Shown piece by piece: positions 26,056-41,657 of a DNA stretch of 64,000 nt. The first letter of the stretch is position 1, and each line of letters starts with the position of its first letter. Under the pieces are notes generated by a model, which was not told where the DNA came from, searched no databases, and was given only the letters and a program-made list of their open reading frames with translations. Source of the stretch: Eledone cirrhosa (taxonomy: Eukaryota); NCBI GenBank assembly GCA_964016885.1, contig OZ024759.1:23002001-23066000 (forward strand), read 5' to 3'. The translations under genes and the position numbers were made by a program.

Positions 26056-27040
26056 TTGTATTCAGCCATGTAGAGCAATAATTTTTTGATAGATAGATAC
26101 ATATCACAGATATATATGTAAATAAACATACAATATATATATACATACACACATATGTATATGTATGCTGTGTGTGTGTGCATGCGCGCACACAGTAAGA
26201 TTTAATTCTTATTTTATATTCCTCAGGGATTTTAATATTTACTTAATACTTGCACATACTTAAATACATTCTATTTTATTGTAAGATATTTATTGAATGT
26301 ATATAACAAAAATAAAATATTACATTAATGTCGATTAAATTGATAAATCGGAGCACATTCCTTTTAATGTTGGTTTTATTAGACTTTTTAGCATACAAAT
26401 AATGGCGATAAGATTATATATTACTTTTAAATATTATTATAAAATACTTATAGCCCCCTGGCCTAGTTATTTATTTTCTAACCTTTAATAATATCTGATT
26501 TTTCATTTCATACAAAATTAAATATCCTTGTTTTTAATAATGATGTAAATTTCATAAGCAATTAAATAAATATCTTAGCTTTTAAAAGTGGTGCAATTTT
26601 ATTATTATTATTATATTTCTACTTAGCACTATTTGTTTCAGTTAAATTAAATATTTGTTTGGTTTGGACACTGCATCCTTCAAAACTTCCATGCTTCCCA
26701 ACACTACACATTTGCGCAACATTAATTTCAAAAGTATATTCGCTGACTTTTCTACTTAACTGTACTCAAACATATGTATTATGTTCTGTGCATGTGTAAC
26801 TGAATTGATTTTATAGTAAAATATAAAACAAAAATAAATTTGCTCTTTGTTGACATTATGGGCACAGGTATAGCTGTGAGGTTAACAAGTGTGATTTCAA
26901 TCATGTGGTTTAGGTTTAACTCTTATTTTGTGGAATCCATCAACAAGTGTCTTCCAATGTAACCTTGTGTGCCTTGTATGTGTTGACCAATGTCTTGTAA
27001 GGGAATTTAGTATATGGAAACTCTGTTAAAGCCTATCGTA

Positions 27041-27083
<43 letters not shown>

Positions 27084-27289
27084 GCCGTCGGGATCTAACT
27101 TTTAGATAGATAGATAGATACATGGCTAGAGATCGCTCTATTCGTTGGTTATGAATTGTCTGAAAACCTATTTTGGTCATGAATGACTAAGGGTTTGGGA
27201 CTTAGAAAGCTCCCCTCCAAGGCACAAACTTGGGCAAGGTGTTTTTGTGGAAGACCAGCAATCGCGAAAGCAACAGAAACAGTTTTAGC

Positions 27290-27810
27290 AGAGCTAATTA
27301 GGGAAAAGAATAAATCCAGATGAGATGCATGGTTTAATGCCAGGGAGGATCACTATTGATGCCCTCTGCTTAGTGAGACAACTGCAAGACAAGTTCCTAG
27401 CTAAGTATAAAACCCTATATGTAGCTTTCATAGATCTTGAGAAGGCCTTTGACATTATACTCCACTCTAAGGAAAGGAAACTAGGCAGAGAATAATGGCT
27501 TTGTAAATGGTTTGCATTGCACAGAGTTTAGTATGGAATTCAATATACAGATTGTTGTTCATCAGCGCTTAGTCTTCAGCCTACACTTGTTTATTATAGT
27601 TCTCCAGACAATTATGGAGAAATTTAAGACAGACTGTCCATATACCAACGAACTGGTTTGTATAACTGATCTTGAGAAGAAATTTTGGCTTTTGATAGAG
27701 AACTTAGAATCAAAAGGGCTGAGAGTAAAGTAGACAGGAGACTGATCCCTTCAGGGAAGTGGCCTTGCTCAATATGTAGAAAAGGAAAAGGTAAAAATTC
27801 TGTACAATTT
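27290..27810 (+). mobile_element. RTE-clade reverse transcriptase fragment, decayed
   Basis: GLMPGRITIDALCLVRQLQDKFL...YVAFIDLEKAFD; later VHQ...LFIIVLQ, LESKGLRV, GKWPCSICRKG. Confidence 0.8.
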
Positions 27811-28006
27811 TCGGCAATGAATTGCTGTTAATAAAAGATGTTTCCAGTCAAATTTTCCTTAGAGTAATAATTATATATACATATAGACCTACTGTCCATA
27901 TATATATATATATATGTATGTAAAAAGTAAACAGAAATAACAACACAATCGGTACAGTATATGGAAGGTATATATTATGTTAACGCTTGATATAGCAGGA
28001 AGAGGG

Positions 28007-28042
28007 TCTTAACGTTTCGGACGCTAGTCTTTCATCAGAAGA
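28007..28042 (-). ncRNA. Minimal hammerhead motif with loop-less palindromic stem III
   Basis: TCTT-CTGATGA-AAGACTAGCGTCC-GAAA-CG-TT-AAGA. Confidence 0.6.
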
Positions 28043-28431
28043 AAGAATGAGAAATAAAATAGATTGAGGAGACGGGCGGGATGGAATTGGAAAAAATGTC
28101 TTTAGATAAAAATAACAGGTCCAGTTATGTTGACATCTCTTGCAAATATATATATATATATGTTTGCAAGGGAGTAACCCTATGAAAGACTTGCTTATAT
28201 GGGAGCAGATTTAAGTCTATCCAATCAATTTTTAAGTCTCTCATAGGGTTAATCCTTGATAATGGATATATATGTATACATATATATATATTAGGTATAG
28301 GATTATCCAAGATGTAGTAATGGTAATTACTACACTGGATATGGTTGACGTACGGTAAGAGGTTACTCTACGAGTTATGGAAGAATTGTTCAAGAAACTT
28401 AGTTCCTGATCCTTCAGTATTCCGGAGTGTA

Positions 28432-28642
28432 TATAAAGAATGAATAATAACAGGTAGACATCATAAAAAGGTAATTTATTCCGTGTGCTTACAAGTGTTT
28501 CCACGGTGGTACTGCAGCCTAGTTATGCTACGTGCAAATTCACAAGTACTTGCAGAACTCGAATATCCAATGCTGTGACCACTGTTTCCTCGGAATAAAT
28601 TACCTTTTTATGATGTCTACCTGTTATTATTCATTCTTTATA
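28432..28642. repeat. Inverted repeat with 52-bp perfect arms and a ~107-bp spacer, next to (TA)n
   Basis: 28432-28483 is the reverse complement of 28591-28642. Confidence 0.85.
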
Positions 28643-29329
28643 CATATATATATATATATATATATACTGTCCATGTTGCATTGTTATAGCCTTTGAATGA
28701 CACTACTTTACATATATATAGACTATATAATTTATTTACTCAAAATATTACAGTGAAGCTTCTATATTTCAATTCCAAACTTTGCTCACCACATTCCAAA
28801 CATACTTCCTTTGTATATGTGTGTGTGTGTGGGTGTGGGTGTGTATGTATATACACACCTGCATATGGTCCCAATATTGGGATCGTAGTAGACAGTAGGT
28901 GAAAAGAACTTGTTGAAAACATAATATTCTACAGAGATTTATTCAGATTCCCTCTGACAATATTAACTTTTGTAAAGTCAGAATGAGAATCTTCCTTATA
29001 CAAATGTGTGTGTGTGTGTGTATATATATAATTTGAGATGTGTGCGTGTGTGTGTGTATATATAATTTGAGATATATCTGTGTGTGTGTGTGTGTATGTC
29101 AATGTGTGAATGCATGTACCTGTGTCCTATAAATGTAAGAATTGTATGTCTGTATGAATGTGTATGTGTGTATGTATGTGTGTGTATGTATGTGTATGTA
29201 TGTATGCATGAATATGTGTATATATGTATCTATGTAAATTACAGCAAATTCAAAGTGGTGTAATTGATGCTAGAAACTGTGCCAAGATGTGAAACAATTA
29301 AGGAAGGTAGGTTAATTAGAGTTGGTGGA

Positions 29330-29456
29330 GAGAGAGAGAGAGAAGGTAGGTTAATTAGATATGGTGGTGAAAGAGAGAAAGAAAGAGAGAAAGAGAGAAT
29401 GAATGAGAAAGAGAAAGAAGAGAGAAGGTAGGTTAATTAGATATGATGGTGAACAA

Positions 29457-29521
<65 letters not shown>

Positions 29522-29534
29522 GAAAGAAAGAGAG

Positions 29535-29587
<53 letters not shown>

Positions 29588-29632
29588 AAGAGAGAAAGAA
29601 AGAAAGAGAGAAAGAGAGAAAGAGAGAAAGAG

Positions 29633-29663
<31 letters not shown>

Positions 29664-29691
29664 ATGAAAGAAAGAAAGAAAAAAAGAAAAA

Positions 29692-29727
<36 letters not shown>

Positions 29728-29770
29728 AAAAGAAAGAAAGGCATACAAATAGACAGACAAAGAAAGAAAG
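29330..29770. repeat. (GA)n/(GAAA)n polypurine tract
   Basis: Direct inspection. Confidence 0.9.
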
Positions 29771-29866
29771 TGTAAATTTATTTGTTCCATTTTTCCACAA
29801 TATTTCACTCCATCCACTCCAAGTAAATGTTGGTCTCCTCTTGAAATGTGTGAAGATTTAATCAAT

Positions 29867-31693
29867 ACACTACTACATTAGTACACACTACACTACACAG
29901 GGACACACTGTGCTACACATTAGTACACACTATACTACACAGTACACACTACACTACACATTAGTACACACTACACAGGGACACACTGTACTACACATTA
30001 GTACCCACTACACTACACATTAGTACACACTACACTACACAGGGAGACACTGTACTACACATAGGGAGACACTGTACTACACAGGGACACACTGTACTAC
30101 ACATTAGTACACACTACACATTATTAGTACTGACTGTACTACACATTAGTACACACTACGCATAGGGAGACACTGTACTACATAGGTACTTACACATCAT
30201 TAGTAGACACTGTACTACACAACTTATAGGTACTTACTATACTATATATTGTACTGCACATTACTACATACAGGTACTTACTATACTATATATTGTACTA
30301 CACATTATTACTACACTACTACACATAGGTACATACTCAGACATACATTATACAATATAGAATTCCTACAATATAGAATTTATACAATATAGAATTCCTA
30401 CACTATAGAATTCCTACACTATAGAATTCCTACACTATAGAATTTATACACTATAGAATTTATACAATATAGAATTTATACAATATAGAATTTATACAAT
30501 ATAGAATTTCTACACTATAGAATTCCTACACTATAGAACTTATATAATATAGAATTTATACAATATAGAATTCCTACACTATAGAATTCCTACACTATAG
30601 AATTTATACACTATAGAACTTATATAATATAGAATTCCTACACTATAGAATTCCTACACTATAGAACTTATACAATATAGAACTTATACAATATAGAATT
30701 CATACAATATAGAATTTATACAATATAGATTTCTAACAATATAGAATTCATACAATATAGAATTCATACAATATAGAATTCATACAATATAGAACTTATA
30801 CAATATAGAACTCATAGAATATAGAATTTATACAATATAGAACTCATACAATATAGAATTTATACAATATAGAATTCATACAATATAGAACTTATACAAT
30901 ATAGAAATTATACAATATAGAATTTATACAATATAGAATTCATACAATATAGAATGTATACAATATAGAATTCATACAATATAGAATTTATACAATATAG
31001 AATTCATACAATATAGAATTCATACAATATAGAACTTATACAATATAGAATTCATACAATATAGAACTTATACAATATAGAATTCATACAATATAGAATT
31101 CATACAATATAGAATTCATACAATATAGAAATTATACAATATAGAATTCATACAATATAGAATTCATACAATATAGAATTCATACACTATAGAATTCATA
31201 CAATATAGAAATTATACAATATAGAATTCATACAATATAGAATTCATACAATATAGAATTCATACAATATAGAATTCATACAATATAGAACTTATACAAT
31301 ATAGAATTCATACAATATAGATATAGAAATTATACAATATAGAATTCATACAATATAGAACTTATACAATATAGAATTCATACAATATAGAACTTATACA
31401 ATATAGAAATTATACAATATAGAATTCATACAATATAGAATTCATACAATATAGAAATTATACAATATAGAATTCATACAATATAGAACTTATACAATAT
31501 AGAAATTATACAATATAGAATTTATACAATATAGAATTCATACAATATAGAATTTATACAATATAGAATTCATACAATATAGAATTTATACAATATAGAA
31601 TTCATACAATATAGAACTTATACAATATAGAATTCATACAATATAGAATTCATACAATATAGAATTCATACAATATAGAAATTATACAATATA
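29867..31693. repeat. ACTAC-type array grading into a 16-bp minisatellite TACAATATAGAATTCA (~80 copies from 30351)
   Basis: Direct inspection; variants AATTCC, AATTTA, AACTTA and AAATTA. Confidence 0.95.
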
Positions 31694-31937
31694 TCATAAA
31701 ATAGTGAAAATATGAAACATTCGGTCAGTGAATATGTAATAAAGGTCAGTGCCGTCTGATGAAATTCTATCAAAGTGATATCATCTCGGCGCCTTCTTTT
31801 ATTGTAATATATTATCATGTCTGTTGCAGACATTGAAATACCGTTGAAAATTATTTATGAATAACAAATCTTTGACGTGTTTAATACCACCACAAAAATG
31901 ATATTAAAATCTTCAAGGAGAACAGCATTGACTTACA

Positions 31938-32161
31938 GAAGAAGAAAGGAAGGAAGGAAGGAAGGAAGGAAGGAAGGAAGGAAGGAAGGAAAGAGGGGAA
32001 AAAAGAAAGGAAAGAAAGAAAGAAAGAAGGAAAGAAAGAAGGGAACAAAGAAAGAAAGAAGGAAAGAAAGAAGGGAACAAAGAAAGAAAGAAGGAAAGAA
32101 AGAAGGAAAGAAAGAAGGAAAGAAAGAAGGAAAGAAAGAAGGAAAGAAAGAAGGAAAGAAA
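31938..32161. repeat. (GGAA)/(GAAA) polypurine tract
   Basis: Direct inspection. Confidence 0.9.
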
Positions 32162-33417
32162 CTTTGATACAAACGTGTCATTTTGGATTGATAGAGATTG
32201 ACATTATGCCACACAGAGGGGAAACAAAAGATTACACACACACATATATATATATACATACATACACAAACACACATATACATACATATGTATATATATA
32301 TATATATAGAAAGAGAGAGAAAGCCATACACAAATGCATATATATACATGCACAAAAACACACACACATATATATATAAGTATGTATGAATATATCTGTG
32401 TTTGTGTGTATGTATGTGCATATATGTGTGTGTGTATGTATATGTAAGTATATGTATATATGTGTGTTTATGTGTATGTATATGTGTTTATGTGTATGTG
32501 TGTATGCGTATGTATGTGTGTGTGTTTAGGTGTATGTGTGTGTGTTTATGTGTCTGTATGTATATGTGTGTGTCTATGTATATGTGTGTGTGTGTATGTA
32601 TATGTGTGTGTGTGTATGTATATGCATATATATATATATATGCATATATATATATATACACACTCACACATATAAACACACATATATAAGATATACTCTA
32701 AGTGTTACAAACTACTGGTATATTTTCTTATATTGTATAGTTTTCTTTATTACCCATCGTTTTATTTATAAAGTTTATTTTAGAAAGGTTTTCTTTTACA
32801 ACAATTCAAAAGACACCTAAAGCTAAAACAGAATATAATCTATATGAGATGTCGAAACTTTACATATATTTTTCAAATGGTCTATGATGTATTTCCTAGC
32901 AAATGGTCTACAATTTAAATCAGTCGCCATTATTTTGCTTTTATTGTATTGTGCTTTCGTTGCTTTCTTTTTTTTTCTTTTTGTAATTAGAATTTTTGAT
33001 TTTTGATAATATCTATTTTCGTCTAGTCAAGCTACCTACCAATATGTATGTAGATATATATATATGTATATGTGTGTGTATATATATGCATATGTGTGTG
33101 TATATATATGTATATGTGTCCGTATATATATATGTATGTGTGTATATATATGCATATATACACATATATATGTCATCATCAATGAATGATGATGATATAT
33201 ATATATATATATATATATATGAATATATATATATATGTATATATATACACATATATATATGTATATATTTTTCATATTATATATATATATATATAATATG
33301 AAAACGGGGAGAAAGACGATTATTAGGAAGAAAAATATATTTTTTTCCTTTTTTGTTTCTCTCTTATTTCTGGGTTATATATATATATGTATATATATAT
33401 TTATATATATATATGTG

Positions 33418-33486
<69 letters not shown>

Positions 33487-33523
33487 GTATATATATATAT
33501 ATGTGTATATATATATATATGTG

Positions 33524-33554
<31 letters not shown>

Positions 33555-33571
33555 GTATATATATATGTATA

Positions 33572-33621
<50 letters not shown>

Positions 33622-33642
33622 CACATATATATATATATACAC

Positions 33643-33673
<31 letters not shown>

Positions 33674-33862
33674 AATATATATATATATGTATATATATAC
33701 ATATACACACATATATACATACACGTATATGTATACCAATATATATAATATATCATGAGTATATTATATATATATATTTTCATTTAATGTTTTATATATG
33801 TTTGACATTTTTTGATAAGTCAGTGTTTATATATATCCATTAAAACACGCACACATATCCAA

Positions 33863-33895
<33 letters not shown>

Positions 33896-33984
33896 CATAC
33901 ATACATACAGACATGACTGTAATTAAATAGAGAAAAAAAAAATATATATATATACATTATATATATATATATATTTTTTTTTTT

Positions 33985-34173
33985 GCGATGGATTGGCAGT
34001 ATCGGTAGAGGGTCGGACGCCATGCTTTAACGCAGAGTTACGGCCCTTGCCATTCTGAGTTCAAATCCCGCCGAGGTTAACTTTGCCTTTCATCCTTATG
34101 GGGGTCGATAAAATAAAGTAGCAGTAATACACTGTGATAATTGCTGGCCTTGTGCTCAAAGTAGAAACAATTA
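33985..34173 (+). mobile_element. SINE-A
   Basis: GGATTGGCAGTATCGGTAGAG...GAGTTCAAATCCC...AGTAGAAACAATT. Confidence 0.85.
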
Positions 34174-34357
34174 TATATATATATATATATGTCCCACCCT
34201 TGCAAGCAGGGAAAAGCGGATGTAAAATGATGATGATGATATATATATACATATATATATATACCGTCTAACCCATGCTAGCGTGGAAGAACGGACGTAA
34301 AACGGTGATGATGATGATGATGATATCATCATCATCATTTTACGTCGGTATATATAC

Positions 34358-34402
<45 letters not shown>

Positions 34403-34668
34403 TATATAGAGACAGTTATAAATTATTTATTCAATTATCCAACGCTGGCATTACCATCAGAAGACATATTGTAACAATAAGTTTGTGATTTATAAATTTC
34501 AATCTATCTCTCTCTCCTGTCTCTCTCCCTCTCTCTTCTGTCGGTCTGTCCCTTTCCCCCTCTCTTCTGTCAGTCTGTCCCTTTACCTCTCTCAGTTCTT
34601 CCTCTAGAAGTTTTAATCCCTTTCATGTTTTTTAATGCCATATCTTTCCTTTATCTTCTGTCTGAGAA

Positions 34669-34715
<47 letters not shown>

Positions 34716-34773
34716 GATATATATATATATATGTACTGTATGTGTGTGTGTAGATAAATGTATATATACACAC

Positions 34774-34823
<50 letters not shown>

Positions 34824-35533
34824 TACATACACACACACACTATATATATATATATATTTGATATGTGTGTGTAGATATAGATACCTATCATATCTGTATA
34901 TACATATATACATACATATATACATACATACATACATATACATATATACATACATATAGACATATACACATACATACATATACACATATACATATAAATA
35001 TATAGACATATATATATATAGATATAGATATATATATATACATATAAATATATACATATAGACATATATATATATACATATACACATATAAATATACACA
35101 TATACACAAATATATACATATACATACATATACATACATATACACACACACACACATATATATTTATATATATATATATATATATATAGTCTGTCTTCTA
35201 TCTCCCATTGATTGTACAATATTGAACTCTTTGCAAAGGTCATCTAATTTTGAAAAGCCCTTCCTCCAACAATCTAATTTATGTCCTTATTACAATCTTG
35301 GCTGACCCCTATTATTGTTTTTTAGTTTTATTTCATTCTAATTTGTTTTATTGTATTTCCATTTTTGTCTTTCATTTCCTTTATTTGGGGGAGTTTAGGG
35401 AAGGAGGTGTTGCAGGCATTTATTACAGAGACACACTTTCATATTGTTTTCCTTTGTATGTATTTTCATATATACATTTTTTTTTTGTATATACCACTAT
35501 CGACATATACATACATATATCTATATATACATA

Positions 35534-35580
<47 letters not shown>

Positions 35581-36254
35581 GTATATACACAAATATCCGC
35601 ACACATACACATATATATATACACACACACACATATATATACACACACATATACACATACACACATATATACATACATATACACATATATACATACATAC
35701 ATATACACATACATACATACATATACACATACATATATATACACATATAAACATACATATATACACATATATACATACATATATATGTACATTGTTATCT
35801 ATGTGTGTGTGTATATATATTTATCACCTATTTCTTTTGTTTTTATTTATTTTTATTGCTTCATATTTCACTGTTTCATTGTCTTTGCCTTTTTTCCTTT
35901 TCATGTTTTTTTTCCAAATATTTTTTTAATTATTTTATTTCCAGATATAAACTAACAACAACAACAACAACTACAACAACAATGATGAAAAGCGAACCAT
36001 AAATCATGGACTTTTCCTTCAATTCCATCGCAGATAACACTTATACATATAGAATATAATATAAAACAATTCTTACTTGAAAACACCAATGCAGTTTTAG
36101 ATACAAAGCTGCATTTTATGGGAGGTTTCTTGGGTTTTTTTTTCTTGGGTGCCCCACTCTTATGATAAAAAGATATTGCTAATGTTGCTCTCACATTTCT
36201 AGGTTTAGCTCCCACCCTACAAGACTATTTCTCAGGACTGGAGCCACTGTCATT

Positions 36255-36800
36255 AAAACACCTGATCTGGTGTCGGACGTGCAAAAGTCAATCTTGCAAA
36301 ATGGGGATATTTAAAGGATGGGAATGTTGTGTGTGACTGTGGCATCGAACCACAGACTACTCAGCACCTCCTGATATGACCCCTCTTGGAATACCCCTGC
36401 ACAAGATTGGACTTGGTAGAGTTTAATGAGAAAGGACAGCAATGTTCTTCAGCTGTGGCAGAACCACATCTAGCCAAGCTTTGTATCTGACACTCTTGTG
36501 GACATGATAAGAAGAAGAACTGTACATTAGATAATATAGTCCTAGATACACTATGCCTGATAGCCACTAATACTAATTACTGTACAGTACGTACAAAAGT
36601 CAATCTTGCAAAATGGGGTTATTTAAAGGATGGGGACATTGTGTGTGACCACGGCATCGAACCACAGACTACTCAGCACCTCCTGATATGCCCCTGCTGG
36701 AATACCTCTGCACAACAATGGACTTGGTAGAGTTTAAGGAGAAAGGACAGCAATGTCCTTCAGCTGTGGCGGAACCACATCTAGCCAAGCTTTGTAACTG
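36255..36800 (+). mobile_element. Two tandem Ingi/Vingi-like LINE 3' ends
   Basis: AKVNLAKWGYLKDG..VCD.GIEPQTTQHLLI.P occurs twice; matches 7380-7550. Confidence 0.75.
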
Positions 36801-36945
36801 ACATGACAAGAAGTACATCCTGTACTCCACATAGCTACTTACTATACTATATACTTTACTACTACAGATAGCTACATGGGTATATAGTTATATACTGTAT
36901 TACACAGAACACACAGGTATACACCGTACTATATACTGAACTACA

Positions 36946-37096
36946 TGTGGTTGGTGTTAGGAAGGGCATCCAACTGTAGAAAACCCGCCAGACAGTCCTA
37001 TGCGAGCAAGACAACCACTCTTGCCTCAAGTGGGAAAACTCCCGTCCAAACCCATGCAAGCGTGGAACATGGACGATAAACGATGATGATGATGAT
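36946..37096 (+). mobile_element. 5'-truncated (TGA)n-tailed SINE
   Basis: Reverse complement of 10295-10448. Confidence 0.8.
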
Positions 37097-37658
37097 ATTA
37101 TTACTACACACTGTACACGACAAGAAAAAAAGAAATAAGGCCCTCCTGAGGGTGTGTTGCCATAACCTATAGCTTATAGGTAAGTCTAACACAGCCTCCT
37201 ACAAAGTTACATCTCGTAGTAGTTTCCCCAATAGTGTTCTCACTCCTATCATGAATAAACACAACACAATGTTAAGAACACAATGCACTGAATGGTTTTC
37301 AAGAATCAAACCCATGACTTTATAATCATGAATCCAGCACCGTAACCACTGGGTTATGGGACTTCAACTGTTATTGCTGCTGGACATATGAATGTATGAG
37401 ATCAATCTGGGGTGGGGTGGGGTGGGGGTGATATATAGACGTCCATGTGTGTGTGGTTAATGAGATAAGTTGCAGATACAGTGGTGTGATTGTTTGCAAT
37501 GTGTGGGAAAGGAAAGAAAAATGTTCAAATATTAATGGATTCTGCAGACTGCATTTGAGTATTTAGACAATCACACCTCGCAGAACAGTTATTGCATGGA
37601 CAGCACTTTCATGACCACATAACGTGTGTGTGTGTGTGTGTGTGTACACATACATATG

Positions 37659-37708
<50 letters not shown>

Positions 37709-37819
37709 AACACAGATACATATATATAAATATAGGTATATATATATATATATATATATACACACAAACACACACACATATACATATATATATAAACACA
37801 TATATATGAATATAGGTAA

Positions 37820-37850
<31 letters not shown>

Positions 37851-38075
37851 TATATATATATGAATATAAGTATATATATATACACACACACATATATATA
37901 TATGAATATAAGTATATATATATACACACACACACATATATATGAATATAAGTATATATATATACACACACATATATATATGAATATAGGTATATATATA
38001 TATATACATACATACACACATGTATGAATATAGGTATATATATATATATATACATACACACATATGTATGAATAT

Positions 38076-38114
<39 letters not shown>

Positions 38115-38148
38115 CACACATATGTATGAATATAGGTATATATACATA

Positions 38149-38213
<65 letters not shown>

Positions 38214-38560
38214 TGTGTGTATAAATATCTATAACTATCTATCTACATATGTAAGAGAGAGAGAAAGAGAGAGAGAGAGTTAGACATGCATGCGTACATA
38301 GACACACACACACACACACACACATAAACACTAATACATGCACAAATATGGACAGACTGCATTCTAATTCCGATATTGTTGTCTCACGAAATCAAATCTA
38401 TAAATCCATTAGCTATCATTGTGTGTGAAGCTGAGATGATGAAATCTGCTGTTTTAATGATATAATTATACAGCGGAAATAAATATTTGACAATGTATCA
38501 GCCTTACATGCTATTGATATGTCTGTTTGATGGACACACTGGATATATCCACACACACAC

Positions 38561-38596
<36 letters not shown>

Positions 38597-38602
<6 letters not shown>

Positions 38603-38757
38603 GATAGATTAACAGAGCCATAGACTCTCGCTATTCCCTGTCAATGTATATATATATATATATATACACATATATATATATATACATATATATATACACA
38701 CATATACACACACATATATATACACACATATACACACACACATATATACACACATAT

Positions 38758-38788
<31 letters not shown>

Positions 38789-38842
38789 CACACACATACG
38801 ATAGATTAACGGAGCCATAGACTCTCGCTATTCCCTGTCAAT
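38597..38842. repeat. Duplicated ~49-bp unique core in microsatellite
   Basis: ACATACGATAGATTAAC.GAGCCATAGACTCTCGCTATTCCCTGTCAATG occurs twice. Confidence 0.85.
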
Positions 38843-38856
38843 GACTATATATATAT

Positions 38857-38887
<31 letters not shown>

Positions 38888-38923
38888 CACATATATATAT
38901 ATATATATACATACATACATATA

Positions 38924-38957
<34 letters not shown>

Positions 38958-40119
38958 TATACATATATATACATATATATACACACATATACACACACAT
39001 ACATACACATATATATATATATATATACATACATACACTACATGCTAAATAATACATGCTATGTAGTTGTAGATGGTTCTCCCATCTTATATAAGATATA
39101 CCTCATTGTATGATGAGATATGACAATGATAAAGACATCTGACAATATTAATATACTGGAGGCATGTTCTGACATCCTGACAACCAAAACCAGAAACCAA
39201 TCCCATTGTTTGTTTTTCAATCACCAACCCTTTCTTGTGCCTTTCTAAATCTTCTTTGACTCTTGATACCAACCTGCCACCCCCACCCACAAACCCCTAT
39301 TGCTTCTATGAAAGAAACTTTTTAATCACAAGCTATCTATTCTTTCTTGCAAATGTTCTTCAACACTTCTCTATACCAACCTGCCCCCCAAACCCACATT
39401 GGTTCTACAAAACACAAACTTTTTAATCAGAAGCTGTCTATTCTGTCCTTCAACTCTTCTTTTATACCAACCTGCCTTCCCCTAACACACACAAACCCAC
39501 CAGTAGTTCTACGGAAAAGAACCACTGATTATACATAGTTGGCTATACTTAACTTGGCAGACCCCATGACTGATTTATTTTTATTGGTCGTGTTGGTGCC
39601 ACAACAACAAAGTACCCAGTCCACCATGTAAATGTGGTCATGTTGTTGTCATGATAACGCACTCAGTCCACCATGTAAATGTGGTCATGTTGACACCACA
39701 ATAAAGCACCTAGTCCACACTGTAAAGTGGTCGTGTTGGCGCCACAATAAAACACCTAGTCCACACTGTAAAGTGGTCATGTTGGTACCACAATAAAGCA
39801 CTCTGTCTATTATTTGTATGTTGTTTGTATGTTTTTGGAATGTTTTTTCTATTGCTTGGAATGCACTATCCTAAAGTACATATACTGGCAGCTGGGCATC
39901 GCTTGTGAACCAATCACCCCAAGAAGCTCCATTGAAATAAACTAACTTACATTGTGAATTCCTTCGATGAAAGATGGTTCTGCCCATCCTGGGTGAACGC
40001 TGCCACAAGTACAAGTAGTACTTATAGCCAAAGGTTGATCAATGACAAGTAAATGAAATTTGGTAGATGAAAATTACAGAAAACTACGTAGTTGCTATAA
40101 CTGTTAACACACTTTAATC

Positions 40120-40425
40120 CACCACACCAACTTCCCCACTACCACCAACACAGCAACAACCATCAGTTTTACCACTACCACCAACACAACAACCACCACC
40201 AACTTCACCACTACCACAAACACTACAGCCAACACTATCTCATACATGATAGCCAACACCATCTCTACCACAAGCACCAACACCAACACAACCACCACCA
40301 CCACCACCCCCACGACAACCACCAACACCACCACCACAAACACCACCAACACAACCACCAACACCACCACTACCACAACCACCACAACCAACACCACCAC
40401 CACCAACACCACCACCAACAACAAT
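40120..40425. repeat. (CAC/AAC)n microsatellite
   Basis: Direct inspection. Confidence 0.85.
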
Positions 40426-40564
40426 TATAACAGAGAAAATGAATATATACAATAAGAAAGTAATCGATATTGTCCTAACCTATACATCATGTGACCAACG
40501 GTAATTACAGATATTAAATGTCAGTTTACAGCAAAGTATTTAATTAATTTTATACAGGTATGTG

Positions 40565-40596
<32 letters not shown>

Positions 40597-40897
40597 CATA
40601 TACATACACATATATATATTGCATATACATATACATACATATATATATATAGCCTATATATATACATATATATATATATTGCATATATATATACATATAT
40701 ATATATATTGCATATATATATACAAAAATAAATTGCATATATATATACATACATATATTGCATATATATATACATATACATACATATATATATTGCATAT
40801 ATATATACATATACGTACATACATATACACACACACACATATATATATATATATACATATACACACACGCATATATACATGTATATATATATATATA

Positions 40898-40941
<44 letters not shown>

Positions 40942-41066
40942 TATATATATATATATATATATATGCATATATATATATATGCATATATATATATATATAT
41001 ATATGCATATATATATATATGCATATATATATATATGCATATATATATATATGCATATATATATGC

Positions 41067-41100
<34 letters not shown>

Positions 41101-41625
41101 GCATATATATATGCATATATATATATGCATATATATATATATATGCATATATATATATATATATATGCATATATGAGTGTGTCTGTTGGCTGTATAACTA
41201 CAGTTATAGGCCTATACATATACATACAGATTTTTAATTTTAGATATTTTTTTCTCTTTTTTAGTAATAAAGAGTTGCTGAGCCCATGGCAGTCTCGAAG
41301 GCAAGGGGTGGGGGGGGGGGGGCAATTAAAATTTTGAGAACTTTCTAGAAAGAACACCAAATAAAAACAACAACAACAAAAAAATTGGATGAGAAAAAAA
41401 TTAATTTATATATATAGCAATAAATTTTAATCAGTAAAACATGGCTTCCCTATTGTATTATCTTCTGCTACATCCTAATATATTTTATTTTCTTATTTAT
41501 TCATCTATTACTTTTGTTGTGTGTGTATATATATATATATTTTGTATTTTTTATACAAGGTATTGTTAAATATAAAGACCTTACATGTCTCAGAATGCAT
41601 ATGTATATGTTTGTGTGTGTATCTG

Positions 41626-41657
<32 letters not shown>

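Noticed and set aside
31751-31790. GCCG-T-CTGATGA...GATA...TC-T-CGGC hammerhead-like string
   Set aside because: GAAA is replaced by GATA and stems II and III are poor
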